Shown piece after piece: positions 38,753 to 52,508 of a stretch of DNA of 64,000 nt. The stretch is taken from the NCBI GenBank assembly GCA_963761335.1, contig CAVXGR010000018.1:128001-192000 (forward strand). The letters are read 5' to 3'. The DNA is from an uncultured delta proteobacterium. GTDB taxonomy: Bacteria; Desulfobacterota; Binatia; HRBIN30; BPIQ01. Below the pieces are notes generated by a model. The model did not search any database. It worked only from the letters and a program-made list of their open reading frames with translations, and was not told the origin of the DNA. Position numbers and translations under genes: made by a program. Every line of letters starts with the position of its first letter. Position 1 is the stretch's first letter.

Positions 38753-40690
38753 TCAATCCTTCCACAGGTTGTTGGCGGCGTACTTCAGCACCACGTCCAC
38801 GCAGGAGTTGCAGTAGCCGTTGTCGAGCAGGTTGCGGACCATGGCGTTGTACTTGTCGGTCTGCTCCTCATCGCGGGTACGCGCCTTGGTGATGATGCGG
38901 CTGATGTCGCGCACCGAGGTCATCAGCTTCTTCTCGATGGCCTCCTTGAGCGGCTCGTAGCTGCGGTAGCTGACTTTCTCGCCGCGGCGGCTGGTGGCCC
39001 ACAGGTAGGCGATCACCTCCTGGCGGAAGCCCTCGGCGGCGGAGCCGATGATGGCGATCTGCTCCTCGATCGATTTGAGGAAGCCCTCGTCGGGGTGCAG
39101 CTCCTCCTTGGTGTTGCGGTCCTTCACCTTGGTCTTGTTGACGAAGGCCTCGGCGTGGTCGAGGTAGTTCTGGAACAGCGACTCCGCCTGCTCCTGGTAG
39201 GAGTAGACGAAGGCCTTGGTGATCTCCTTCTCGAGAATCTCGAGGTACTCCTTGTGGAGCACGTCCTGCAGGAACTCGAGGTACTGCTTGCGGGTGTCAT
39301 CCGGCAGATCGGCTTCCTTGGTCATGTTGATCAACGCCTCGCGGACGTTGATCGGGTTGATGCAGTTGCCGTCGACGTTGTCGGAGAGGGCGTTGTCGAG
39401 CGCCTTCATGATGAAGCGGGTGGAGATGCCGCTCATGCCCTCGCGCTTGGTGTCGTCGCGCAGCTCGTGTACGTCGATCTTCTTGGTCTTGCCCTTCTCC
39501 ACCACCTCTTCGCCGTTGTAGAGCTTGAGCTTGGTGAGCAGGTCGCACTTGGTGGTCGGCTCGAGCCGCGTGAGCATGGCGAACATCGAGGCGATCTCCA
39601 GGGTGTGCGGCGCCACGTGGGCGTGGAAGTCGGAGTGGCGGATGATCTTCTGGTAGATCTTCACCTCCTCGGACAGCCGCAGGTTGTAGGGGACCTTCAC
39701 CACCACGATGCGGTCGAGAATCGCCTCGTTGGTGTGGTCCGCCTTGAAGCGCTGCCACTCCGCCTCGTTCGAATGCGCCACGATGACGGTGTCGACGTAC
39801 ACCATTCCATGACGCCCCGGCGCCGGGATGACCTTCTCCTGCGTCGCCGTGATCATGGCGTGCAGGTACTCGGTCTCGTTCTTGAAGACCTCGATGAACT
39901 CGACCATGCCGCGGTTGCCGACGTTGAGGGCGCCGTTGAGGTCGAGGACGCGCGGATCGCCCTCCGAGTAGAGGTCCAGCTTGGAGATGTCCTCGCTGCC
40001 GATCAGGACCGAGGTGTCCTGGTTGTTCGGGTCCACCGGCGGCACGACGCCGATGCCGATGCGATTGCGCTTCGAGAACTGCCGGGTGACGATCGGCACG
40101 TCCTCGTACTTCTCGCCGAACTCCTCCTTCAGGCGGAAGCGGCACACTGGGCAGAGATCCCCCTCGATGTGCACGCCCAGCATTTTCTCGAACTCGCGCC
40201 GCAGGTGGCGCGGGATGAGGTGCAGGGGCTCCTCGTTCATCGGGCAGCCTTCGATGGCGTAGAAGAGGTCGGCCTCCTCGAGGCCGCGCTGCAGCTTCTC
40301 GACGAGGGAGCTCTTGCCCGAGCCCACCGGCCCCATCAGGTAGAGGACCTGGCGGCTCTCCTCTCCCTTGAGCGCCGCCGAGTGGAAGTAGCGAACGATC
40401 TGGGCGACGGTTTTCTCGATGCCGAAGAACTCGTCGCGAAAGAAGTTGTAGACCTTCACGGCCTCGTCCTTGAACAGCCGTTTGACCCGCGAGTCGTCCG
40501 ACTCGAGGATGTCGGTGGTGCCGGGCTTGATGATCACATCGTACAGACGAGCATGCGCAAGCTTGGGAACTGCCGGGTCTTCGCGCAGCTTCTCCAGATA
40601 GGTCAGAAACGGTCCGCGCCACTGCTTGGTGTCGCGCGCCGCTCGATCTTCCCGGATCAGCTTCTCGAAGGTGGTCCGCTCTTTCTCCAT
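38753..40690 (-). CDS. prkA: PrkA/YeaG AAA+ serine protein kinase
   Basis: GPVGSGKS, CPMNEEPL, NNQDTSVL, NRGMVEFIE and EGMSGISTRF motifs. Confidence 0.95.
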   Translation of the reverse strand: MEKERTTFEKLIREDRAARDTKQWRGPFLTYLEKLREDPAVPKLAHARLYDVIIKPGTTDILESDDSRVKRLFKDEAVKVYNFFRDEFFGIEKTVAQIVRYFHSAALKGEESRQVLYLMGPVGSGKSSLVEKLQRGLEEADLFYAIEGCPMNEEPLHLIPRHLRREFEKMLGVHIEGDLCPVCRFRLKEEFGEKYEDVPIVTRQFSKRNRIGIGVVPPVDPNNQDTSVLIGSEDISKLDLYSEGDPRVLDLNGALNVGNRGMVEFIEVFKNETEYLHAMITATQEKVIPAPGRHGMVYVDTVIVAHSNEAEWQRFKADHTNEAILDRIVVVKVPYNLRLSEEVKIYQKIIRHSDFHAHVAPHTLEIASMFAMLTRLEPTTKCDLLTKLKLYNGEEVVEKGKTKKIDVHELRDDTKREGMSGISTRFIMKALDNALSDNVDGNCINPINVREALINMTKEADLPDDTRKQYLEFLQDVLHKEYLEILEKEITKAFVYSYQEQAESLFQNYLDHAEAFVNKTKVKDRNTKEELHPDEGFLKSIEEQIAIIGSAAEGFRQEVIAYLWATSRRGEKVSYRSYEPLKEAIEKKLMTSVRDISRIITKARTRDEEQTDKYNAMVRNLLDNGYCNSCVDVVLKYAANNLWKD

Positions 40691-41053
40691 GACCTACTCC
40701 TCTGGCGGTGAGAATGACCTCCACCCATCCCGCCCGTTGTGATGCGTCTCACCGAATTCTACGTCATTTGAGGCCCAATCCAGTGATGAGAGAGACTGCC
40801 GTCAGTCGTGCACACACGGGGAATTATAACGCCCGGCGATGCGGGAGTCCAAACAAGTTGGACGAGCACCATGAGCGAGGTCGCGGAAGGGTGTGGCGCA
40901 GGGTGTCGGAATGCCGGGTGGAACCGAGGAGAAGGAAGATTCGAAAATACTGATCTCTCCTTCACCGTGCTCCTTTCCACGCGTGCATCAAAGCGTGCTC
41001 TATCACCGCCCCTGTAGCTGGTCAATACGAGAGCGGAGATGTATGCTGCGGCC

Positions 41054-41506
41054 ATGGCGTTGTCCGTGAAGGACCTGATGCAGAAGGACGTCATCACCGT
41101 CCGCGAAGGCATGACCGTGGCGCAGACCTGGGAGGTGCTGGAGAGCTCCGGGATCAGCGGCGCCCCGGTCGTCAACGAGCGGGGCGAGGTGACTGGGGTG
41201 ATCTCGCGGACCGATCTGGTGCGCGGCTGGCAAGCGGACGACGAGCAGCGCCGCAACGCCTACTACCGGGCCGAGGCTCCGCCCGAGAGATTCGCGTCGC
41301 GCGACATTCGCGAGGTGATGATGTCGCTCGCCTTCTTCATGCGTCCGGACGACGAGCTCGCCAAGGCGGCCAAGCTGATGCGCGCCGAGAACATCCACCG
41401 GGTGATCGTCGTCGACGGCGGCAAGCTGGTCGGTGTCCTCAGTGCCAGCGACATCGTCGCCGCGGTGGCGGATGGCCGGCTCGGGTCCCAGGAGGAGCGC
41501 CGATGA
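41054..41506 (+). CDS. CBS-domain pair protein
   Basis: ISGAPVV...GVISRTDL and IHRVIVV...GVLSASDI. Confidence 0.9.
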   Translation: MALSVKDLMQKDVITVREGMTVAQTWEVLESSGISGAPVVNERGEVTGVISRTDLVRGWQADDEQRRNAYYRAEAPPERFASRDIREVMMSLAFFMRPDDELAKAAKLMRAENIHRVIVVDGGKLVGVLSASDIVAAVADGRLGSQEERR

Positions 41507-41940
41507 CGGGCCGCGCCCTGCCGAACGCGATTCTGGTTCCGGTGGACTTCTCGGCGTCGTCGCTGCGCGCTCTCGAGTACGCCGCGGCATGGTGCCCGCC
41601 CGACGGCGACATCACGGCGCTGCACGTGATCGACAACGGGCTGGCGGCGCGCCTGGAGGATCTCGGTCTGGTGCCGCAGGCGGAGACGATGAAGAAGCTC
41701 CGCGCCCGCGGCGAGGCGCAGTTCGCTCGCCTCGCCCAGGAGCGGGGCGAAACCTTCAACCCGCTGGTGGTCGAGGGCGAGCCCGTGGTCGAGATCCTCA
41801 AGCTGGCTCGCGATCTCGACGTCGACATGATCGTCATCGGCCGCCAGGGCTACGGTGCCGGCATGGCGGAGCTCCTCTTCGGCAGCACCGCGGAGAAGGT
41901 GCTGCGCGGCGCCGGCTGTCCAGTGCTCTGCGTCTCCTGA
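41503..41940 (+). CDS. Universal stress protein
   Basis: ILVPVDFS...DMIVIG...FGSTAEKVLR...PVL. Confidence 0.92.
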   Translation: MTGRALPNAILVPVDFSASSLRALEYAAAWCPPDGDITALHVIDNGLAARLEDLGLVPQAETMKKLRARGEAQFARLAQERGETFNPLVVEGEPVVEILKLARDLDVDMIVIGRQGYGAGMAELLFGSTAEKVLRGAGCPVLCVS

Positions 41941-41982
41941 GCGCGGCGCGGCGGCGATCGAGGCCCGGCGCGGCTCCGGCAG

Positions 41983-43110
41983 ATGATGGAAAGCAGGATT
42001 CGCTTCTCGCTCTGGTACCTCGTTGCCGCCTTCGTGCTCCTGCTGTTGCTGCACTCCTATCTCGTGCAGCAGCCGGTCGGCGACATCACCTACGGGCAGT
42101 TCAAGCAGCTGGTCGGCGCCGGCAAGATCTCCGATGTGACCCTGGGTTCGGACTACGTCACCGGGCGGGTCAAGCCGGCCGAGATCGAGGGCATTCTTCC
42201 CGCCGAGCGCGTCGAGGAGCTGCACCGCGGCGGCGACCAGCCGGTGCAGGTGCGCGCCGTCCGCGTCGAGGATCCGAAGATCGTCGAGGAGCTCGAGGCG
42301 CATCACATCAGCTACTCGGGGCAGCTGGCCAACACCTGGGTGACCCAGGTGATCTCCTGGGTCGGCACCGTGCTGTTCTTCCTGGTCATCTGGATGTTTC
42401 TCTTCCGCCGCATGGGCACGCCGGGCGGAGGCCTCATGTCCATCGGGCGCAGCAAGGCCAAGGTCTACGTCGAGAACGGGATGAAGGTCAGCTTCGACGA
42501 CTTTGCCGGCAACGACGAGGCCAAGGAGGAGCTGCGCGAGGTGGTGGAGTTCCTGCAATCGCCGGAGAAGTTCCGCCGCCTCGGCGGCAAGATTCCCAAG
42601 GGCGTGCTGCTGGTGGGCGCGCCGGGAACCGGGAAGACGCTGCTCGCCCGCGCCGTCGCCGGCGAGGCCAAGGTGCCCTTCTTCAGCATGAGCGGCTCGG
42701 AGTTCGTCGAGATGTTCGTCGGGGTCGGCGCGGCACGCGTGCGCGACCTGTTCGAGCAGGCGAAGCAGCGCGCTCCCTGCATCGTCTTCATCGACGAGCT
42801 CGACGCCCTGGGAAAGTCCCGCTCGATGAACCCGCTCGGCACCCACGACGAGCGCGAGCGGCGCTCGATGTTTCTCGATCCCAGCAGCCCGAGCGGTCGC
42901 CAGGAGTACAGCGACGAGACCGCCGCCGCCATCGACGAGGAGGTCAGCAAGATACTCGAGCGGGCCCACGAGCGCGTGCGCGAGATCCTCGTCACCCGCC
43001 GCACCGCCCTCGACGCCATCGCCCACCGCCTCCTCGAGCGCGAGGTGATCGACGGAGATGAGCTGCGCCAGCTCGCTGCGGCGGCCGAGCCGGAAAAGGC
43101 AACGGCGTAA
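41983..43110 (+). pseudogene. ftsH: FtsH-like protein with a large in-frame internal deletion (no SRH or HEXXH)
   Basis: Two TM segments, GAPGTGKT and IVFIDELD. After HDERE it jumps straight to the FtsH C-terminal [13 protein letters not shown] segment; only 375 aa. Confidence 0.85.
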
Positions 43111-43338
43111 GTCGGTGTCTCGGTGACTCGGTTATCGGGTTGTCGGGTTTTCGGGGGGCCATTGGGGACAGGCTACTTTTCCGGGACGACCTCAGACGCG
43201 ACCGCCCGACAAATTAGGGAAAGATCAGCCTGCTTCGAAAATCTGTTGGGTGAAGGTGTGGCGGAGCCCCGGCGCTGGGCCGGGAGGCTTATCGCCCCGA
43301 AGGGTCTGTCGGAGCCCCGGCGCTTGGCGTGGAGGTTA

Positions 43339-43606
43339 TCGCCCCGGAGGGGCGCAGGCATGTAGCCCCGGGTGCAAACCCGGGGACTGCGTTCCGATGG
43401 GCCAGATCAGCGCCCCGGAGGGGCGCAGGCGTAGATGCCGCGTAAGACACGTCGATGAGCTTCCCACGCCCCCAGCGGTGATCATCGGCGTGCAGGCGCG
43501 ACATCGACGAAAATCTGCCCGCGCCCCTGGCGGGGCGCGTATGACGGAGCGCGCATTCTTCCCCGGGTTTCACCCGGGGCTACACGCCACCGCCCCTCCG
43601 GGGCGA
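43339..43606. mobile_element. REPIN-like element: inverted pair of GTAG-type REPs
   Basis: 43339-43386 (TCGCCCCGGAGGGGCG...GTAGCCCCGGGTGCAAACCCGGGGA) is nearly the reverse complement of 43560-43606; partial internal copies at 43411 and ~43520. Confidence 0.8.
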
Positions 43607-43841
43607 ACATCGCCGAGGCCAGAACCGCCAAATCTCTTCCCCGGCCAGATCCCCCGCCTCATTTTTATCGTCTGCTGGTGAGCCGCAAGGTTCATGATGC
43701 ACTGTCCCCAGGCGGCTCCTCTGCTCCGGAACTCGCCAACCCAAGAACCCTACGACCGAGTCACTGGCCACCGAGCCACGCATTCGTCAGATTGCGTTTT
43801 GGTGCGTTTGGTGACACACGAACACGTCAAGAGGAAGGTCG

Positions 43842-44312
43842 ATGCTGAAGCTGAAGAACGTTCTGGTGCCGGTGGACTTCTCCGAGGATTCGCTCAATGC
43901 CCTCGACTACGCGCGCGAGTTCGCGAAGAGCTTCAAGGCACAGCTCACGGTGCTCTTCGTCGTCGAGCCGATCTACTACGCCACACCCAGTGAGCTCTAC
44001 GGGCCGACGGCGAACATGGCGCTGCTGCTCGAGGAGCAGCGCGAGATCGGCAAGAAGCAGCTCGACGATCTGACCGCGGAGCTGAAGAAGAAGCGCGAGA
44101 ACGTCAAGACGGTGATGCGCACCGGCACGCCGTACCAGGCCATTCTCGACGCCGCCAAGCGCCACAAGGCGGACCTCATCATCATGGGGACGCACGGCCG
44201 CACCGGTCTCTCCCACATGCTCATGGGCAGCGTCGCCGAGCGCGTCGTCCGCGGCGCCGAATGCCCGGTTCTCACCGTCCGCCTCGGCAAGAAGAAGCGG
44301 CGGAAAAAATAG
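43842..44312 (+). CDS. Universal stress protein
   Basis: VLVPVDFS...DLIIMGTHGRTG...GSVAERVVR...PVL. Confidence 0.95.
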   Translation: MLKLKNVLVPVDFSEDSLNALDYAREFAKSFKAQLTVLFVVEPIYYATPSELYGPTANMALLLEEQREIGKKQLDDLTAELKKKRENVKTVMRTGTPYQAILDAAKRHKADLIIMGTHGRTGLSHMLMGSVAERVVRGAECPVLTVRLGKKKRRKK

Positions 44313-44439
44313 TTGCTCGGTTTCTCGGTGGTGGGTGGGTTATCGGGTTGTCGAGTTTTCGGGGTTGGCGGGGTGAGGGACGACGTGGCTCGGTAGAACC
44401 GAACCCGATGACCCGGTAACCGAGCCACCGAGATACCAC

Positions 44440-44450
<11 letters not shown>
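44313..44450. repeat. ~8-nt periodic imperfect inverted repeat between convergent usp and argG
   Basis: CTCGGTTT/CTCGGTGG/ATCGGGTT units mirrored by AACCCGAT/AACCGAGC/CACCGAGA; the same units occur at 43112-43155. Confidence 0.55.
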
Positions 44451-45644
<1,194 letters not shown>

Positions 45645-45648
<4 letters not shown>

Positions 45649-46574
45649 TCTCCCGGACGTCTGCCGTGTTGCAGCAGCCAGACCATCACGGCCTTCTGCG
45701 CGTGCAGCCGGTTCTCCGCCTGGTCGAAGACGATCGACTGCGGGCCGTCGATGACCTCCGCCGTGATCTCCTGGCCGCGATGTGCCGGCAGGCAGTGCAT
45801 GACCAGGGCACCCGGCTTGGCCACCGACAGCACCTGGGCGTTCAGCTGGTACGGGCCCAGCACCGACAGCCGGGCGCGGGCCTCGCTCTCCTGCCCCATG
45901 CTCACCCAGACGTCGGTGTAGAGCACGTCCGCATCGCGCGCCGCCTCGGTGATGTCGTCCGTGAGCCTGATCCGCGCCCCATCGCGGCTGGCGGCGGCGC
46001 GCACCTCCGGGTCGGGCTCGTAGCCGGGTGGGCAGGCGATCGACAGTGAGAACCCGAGCCGCGCCGCGGCGTTGATCCAGGAGTTCACCATGTTGTTGCC
46101 GTCGCCGATGAAGGTGATGTGCAGCTTGTCGAGGCGCCGATGGCGCTCGATCAGGGTGAAGCAGTCGCTGAGCACCTGACAGGGGTGCAGCAGGTCGGAG
46201 AGGCCGTTGATGACCGGCGCCGAGGAGTGCCGCGCCAGCTCTACCAGGGTGGCGTGCGAGTAGGTGCGGGCCATGACGAGGTCCACCCAGCGGTCGAGGT
46301 TGCGGGCGATGTCGGCGACCGACTCGCGCTTGCCGAGCTGGATGTCGGCCGGCGTCAGGTAGATCGCCTGGCCGCCGAGCTGATTCATGCCGACCTCGAA
46401 GGTGACGCGGGTGCGCAGGCTCGGCTTCTCGAAGATCATCGCCAGCGTGCGGCCGGCGAGGGGTGCGCCGGGGGTACCGGCCTTCAGCTCGCGCTTGAGA
46501 CGCGCGGTGAGGGAGAGAAGGTCGTGCAGCTCCTCTCCGGTGAAATCGCTGAGCGAGAGGAAGTCGCGCTTCAT
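45645..46574 (-). CDS. argF: Ornithine carbamoyltransferase
   Basis: SLRTR, HPCQ, WVSMG and HCLP motifs. Confidence 0.96.
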
Positions 46575-47755
46575 TTCTTCAGGGCGGCAGTCAGGATGTG
46601 GATGGCCTCGTCGATCTCGGCGCGGCTGACGATCAGGGGCGGGCAGAGGCGCAGCACGCGCTCGGCCGTGCAGTTGATCAGCAGGCCGGCTTCGCGGCAG
46701 CACTCGACGATCGGCGCTCCCGGGGCGCTCAGCTCCGCGCCGAGCAGCAGACCGGAGCCGCGCACCTCTTTGATGATCGGGAAATCGCCCTGCAGGCGCC
46801 GCAGCGCCTCGCGCAGATAAGCACCGGACTCCGCGCCCTGCTGCAGGACGCCGCCGCCGACCAGCGTCTCGAGGACGGCGAGGGCGGCGGCACAGGTCAG
46901 GGCATTGCCGCCGAAGGTGGAGCCGTGGGCTCCGGCGGTAAAGGCCGCCGCCACCGCCTCGGTGGAGAGCATGGCGCCGATGGGTACGCCATTGCCGAGC
47001 CCCTTGGCCAGGGTCATGATGTCGGGGGTGATGCCGGCATCCTCGTAGGCGAAGAGCCGCCCGAGGCGGCCGACGCCGGTCTGAATCTCGTCGAGGATGA
47101 GCAGCAGGCCGCGGCGGTCGCAGAGCTCGCGCACCCGCCGGAGATAGTCTGGCGGGGGGACGACGACGCCGCCTTCGCCCTGCACCGGCTCGAGCATCAC
47201 CGCGATGGTCTCGTCGCGGATGGTGTCGCCGAGCGCCTCGACGTCGCCATAGGGCACGTAGCGGAAGCCGCCGGGGAGCGGCTGGAAGCCGCGGCGCACC
47301 TTCTCCTGGCCGGTGGCGACGATGGTGGTCATGGTGCGGCCGTGAAACGAGCCGGTGGCGGTGATGATCTCGAAGCGGCCGCCGGCGAGCTCGTTGCCGT
47401 ACTTGCGCGCCAGCTTGATGGCCGCCTCGTTGGCCTCGGCGCCGCTGTTGCACAGGAAGACGCGCTCGGCGAACGACAGCTCGCAGAGCTTCTGCGCCAG
47501 GAGGGCGGACGGCTCGTTGTAGTGGAGGTTGGAGACGTGCAGGATGCGGGCCGCCTGCTCCGCCAGCGCCGCGGTGACCGCCGGATGGGCGTGCCCCAAG
47601 CAGGTGACCACGGTGCTCGAGAAGAAGTCGAGATACTCGCGCCCATCGGCGTCCCACACGCGGCAGCCCTCGCCGCGGGTGATGGCGAGCGGCGCCCGCG
47701 CGTAGACGGGGAACAGGTAACGCTCACTGATGCGGATGATCTCGGCATTGGTCAT
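46571..47755 (-). CDS. argD: Acetylornithine aminotransferase
   Basis: SGAEANE, FHGRT, DEIQTG, LAKGLG and HGSTFGGN motifs; arg operon context. Confidence 0.94.
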   Translation of the reverse strand: MTNAEIIRISERYLFPVYARAPLAITRGEGCRVWDADGREYLDFFSSTVVTCLGHAHPAVTAALAEQAARILHVSNLHYNEPSALLAQKLCELSFAERVFLCNSGAEANEAAIKLARKYGNELAGGRFEIITATGSFHGRTMTTIVATGQEKVRRGFQPLPGGFRYVPYGDVEALGDTIRDETIAVMLEPVQGEGGVVVPPPDYLRRVRELCDRRGLLLILDEIQTGVGRLGRLFAYEDAGITPDIMTLAKGLGNGVPIGAMLSTEAVAAAFTAGAHGSTFGGNALTCAAALAVLETLVGGGVLQQGAESGAYLREALRRLQGDFPIIKEVRGSGLLLGAELSAPGAPIVECCREAGLLINCTAERVLRLCPPLIVSRAEIDEAIHILTAALKK

Positions 47756-47784
47756 CGGCTGTCTCCGTTGGCGCCGGCGCCGGC

Positions 47785-50103
<2,319 letters not shown>

Positions 50104-50107
<4 letters not shown>

Positions 50108-50667
50108 CCGAGCTCCTCGACGATCACCTGATCGTTGGTGTAGACGCAGATCTCCGCGGCGATGCGCATTGCCTCGCGCGCCACCGCCGCCAGCTCCAGG
50201 TCGGTGTGCGCCATCAGGGCGCGCGCCGCGGCAAGGGCAAAGTTGCCGCCGGAGCCGATGGCGACGATGTCGTCGTCGGGCTCGATGATGTCGCCGGCGC
50301 CGGAGAGCAGCAGCAGGCCCTCGGGCGAGGCGACGATCATCAGCGCGTCGAGCCGCCGCAGGATGCGGTCGGTGCGCCAGTCCTTGGCCAGCTCGACCGC
50401 GGCGCGGACCAGCTGGCCGCCGAACTGCTCGAGCTTCTTCTCGAACTTGTCGAACAGGGTGATGGCGTCGGCCGTCGAGCCGGCGAAGCCGGCGAGGACC
50501 TTGCCCTGGTACAGGCGGCGCACCTTGCGCGCCGTGCGCTTGACGACGGTGACCCCGAGGGTCACCTGGCCGTCGCCGGCGAGGACGACCTTGCCGCCGC
50601 GGCGCAGCGCCACGATGGTGGTGCCGTGCATGCCGGCGGGAATCGGGGGAGTGATGTGCTCTGTCAT
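50104..50667 (-). CDS. hslV: ATP-dependent protease subunit HslV
   Basis: HGTTI, AGDGQVT, GSGG and CVYTN motifs. Confidence 0.97.
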
Positions 50668-50701
50668 CGGTCGATTACGAATGGATCACATTTGCGCCGA
50701 T

Positions 50702-50773
50702 GGGGACAGGCTACTTTTGCGCCCGAGATCATTGTGCTCGTGAAAATCCGAGCCGCAAAAGTAGCCTGTCCCC
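50702..50773. repeat. 72-bp MITE-like element with a perfect 20-bp terminal inverted repeat
   Basis: GGGGACAGGCTACTTTTGCG...CGCAAAAGTAGCCTGTCCCC; a lone 17-bp copy of the arm lies at 43164-43180. Confidence 0.8.
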
Positions 50774-50782
50774 CGAGTGCTG

Positions 50783-51694
50783 CTAGGCCCGCGGGTGCGC
50801 CTTGTCGTACACCTGCATCAGGTGATCGACGTCGATGTGAGTGTACTTCTGCGTCGTCGACAGGCTCGCGTGTCCGAGCAGCTCCTGGATCGCCCGCAGG
50901 TCGGCGCCGGCGCTGAGCATGTGGGTGGCGAAGCTGTGCCGCAGGGCGTGCGGGGTGGCCTTGGTGGCGATGCCGCTCGCCAGGATGTAGCGCTCCATCA
51001 GTCGCGCCACGCTGCGTGTCGTCAGCCGCGTGCCGGCGCGGTTGAGGAAGACGGCGGACTCGTCGAAGAGCCGCCGGCGGCAGAGGTCGGCACGGCGGAG
51101 GCGATAGGTGGCCAGTGCCGCCAGAGCGCGCTTGCCGATCGGCACGATGCGCTCCTTGTCGCCCTTGCCGCGGACCCGCAGCACCTCGAGGCTCTCGTCG
51201 ATATGCTCCCAGTTCAGCCCCACCAGCTCGCTGACGCGGATGCCGGTGGAGTAGATGACCTCGAGCAGGGCGCGGTCGCGCAGCCCCGTGGGTGTTCCGT
51301 CGGGCGGCGTCTCCAGCAGGCGGAAGACGTCGTCCACGGTGAGATGCACCGGCAGCTGCTTGTCCTTCTTGGGAGTGGCAATGCCGGCCGTGGGGTCGGT
51401 CTGCAGCCGGCCGCGGCGGCGCAGGTGACGGCAAAAGCTCTTCACCGAAGAGAGCTTGCGCCCGACGGAGCTCTTGCGGTGGTGCTGGAGGAGCCAGGCC
51501 ACGTACTGGCGGAGAGCGGCGGTGTCCAAGGCGGTCAGCTCGACCTCCTGCCCCAACGTTGTCAGGCAGAGGCCGCGCTCGATCAGGAAGGCGCGCAGCT
51601 GGCGGAGATCGCTGCCGTAATTGCGCAGGGTGTGCGGCGAGGCGTTTTCCTCGACTCGGAGCGTTTCCTGAAACTCGAGGATCTCGGCCAGCAT
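50783..51694 (-). CDS. xerC: Tyrosine recombinase XerC
   Basis: RDRALLE..Y.TG.R, GKGDKER, HALRHSFATH and LGH...TTQKY motifs; upstream of hslVU. Confidence 0.92.
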   Translation of the reverse strand: MLAEILEFQETLRVEENASPHTLRNYGSDLRQLRAFLIERGLCLTTLGQEVELTALDTAALRQYVAWLLQHHRKSSVGRKLSSVKSFCRHLRRRGRLQTDPTAGIATPKKDKQLPVHLTVDDVFRLLETPPDGTPTGLRDRALLEVIYSTGIRVSELVGLNWEHIDESLEVLRVRGKGDKERIVPIGKRALAALATYRLRRADLCRRRLFDESAVFLNRAGTRLTTRSVARLMERYILASGIATKATPHALRHSFATHMLSAGADLRAIQELLGHASLSTTQKYTHIDVDHLMQVYDKAHPRA

Positions 51695-51782
51695 CGTGCC
51701 CCCGCCTATAGCAACATTTTGCCACGTCGCAAGGGACCGGTGCCCCTGACACGGCATCCCGGCAGTGGTAAGCTCGCCGGCC

Positions 51783-52070
51783 ATGAGACTGTGTCAGGCC
51801 TGTGGCGCCGAGATCACCTCCCCGGAGCGGATCGGACGGCGCGACACCTGTCTCCGCTGTGGCGCCGACCTGCACGCCTGCAGGAGCTGCCGCTTCTACG
51901 TGCCCGGGCACCACAACGACTGCCTGGAATCGCAGGCGGAGCGGGTGGTCGACAAGATGCGGGGCAATTTCTGCGACTACTTCTCCTTCCGCGAGGGCGG
52001 CGCTGGCGCCGCGGCGCCGGTGAGCGAGGCTCGGGGCGCCCTCGAGGCGCTCTTTCGCAAGCGGAGCTGA
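51783..52070 (+). CDS. Small Cys-rich (zinc-binding) hypothetical protein
   Basis: Three CxxC pairs plus HC/NFCDYF-type motifs. Confidence 0.8.
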   Translation: MRLCQACGAEITSPERIGRRDTCLRCGADLHACRSCRFYVPGHHNDCLESQAERVVDKMRGNFCDYFSFREGGAGAAAPVSEARGALEALFRKRS

Positions 52071-52083
52071 CGAGGTGCTGACA

Positions 52084-52506
52084 ATGGGCCGATGGCCGTG
52101 GTTGATCTCGACTTTCCTGCTGCTGGTGCTGAGCGCCTGCCAGCCGAGCGCCGATACCGCTCTGGGAACGGCGCAGCGCTTCCTCGATGAGCATTACGTG
52201 CGCATCGACCTGCAGAAGGCGAAGACCTATACCACCGGTCTGGCCTCTCACAAGCTCGCCGAGGAGGAGAGATTGATCGAGGGGCAGGTGATCGACGAAA
52301 GCACGCGCAAGCCGCACGTGCACTACAAGCTGCTGGAGACGCATGCGGGGGATGGCGGTGCCGTCACCTTCCTCTTCGAGGGCACCATCCGCGTCGACGA
52401 CGCCGGCTCGTTCAACCGCCAGTGGCTGGTCACCGCCAAGAAGGAAGGCGGACAGTGGCGGGTCTCGAACTATCAGGAGTACGAGCAGGCCGCGGCCGGC
52501 TCGTAG
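52084..52506 (+). CDS. Hypothetical lipoprotein
   Basis: Lipobox LSA|C after a hydrophobic stretch. Confidence 0.75.
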   Translation: MGRWPWLISTFLLLVLSACQPSADTALGTAQRFLDEHYVRIDLQKAKTYTTGLASHKLAEEERLIEGQVIDESTRKPHVHYKLLETHAGDGGAVTFLFEGTIRVDDAGSFNRQWLVTAKKEGGQWRVSNYQEYEQAAAGS

Positions 52507-52508
52507 TC

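Noticed and set aside
38531..40711. Long antisense ORFs (e.g. 38531-40711 +, 6855-9110 -, 20072-22432 -, 33818-35857 +)
   Set aside because: They overlap well-supported genes on the opposite strand or frame, as expected from high-GC codon bias.
40985..41001. Possible sigma54 promoter upstream of prkA
   Set aside because: Lacks the invariant GG at -24 and the spacing to GC is wrong.
50783..51694. Tyrosine recombinase as a phage or integron integrase
   Set aside because: Size, motifs and position before hslVU match housekeeping XerC; the IntI-specific insertion is not evident.
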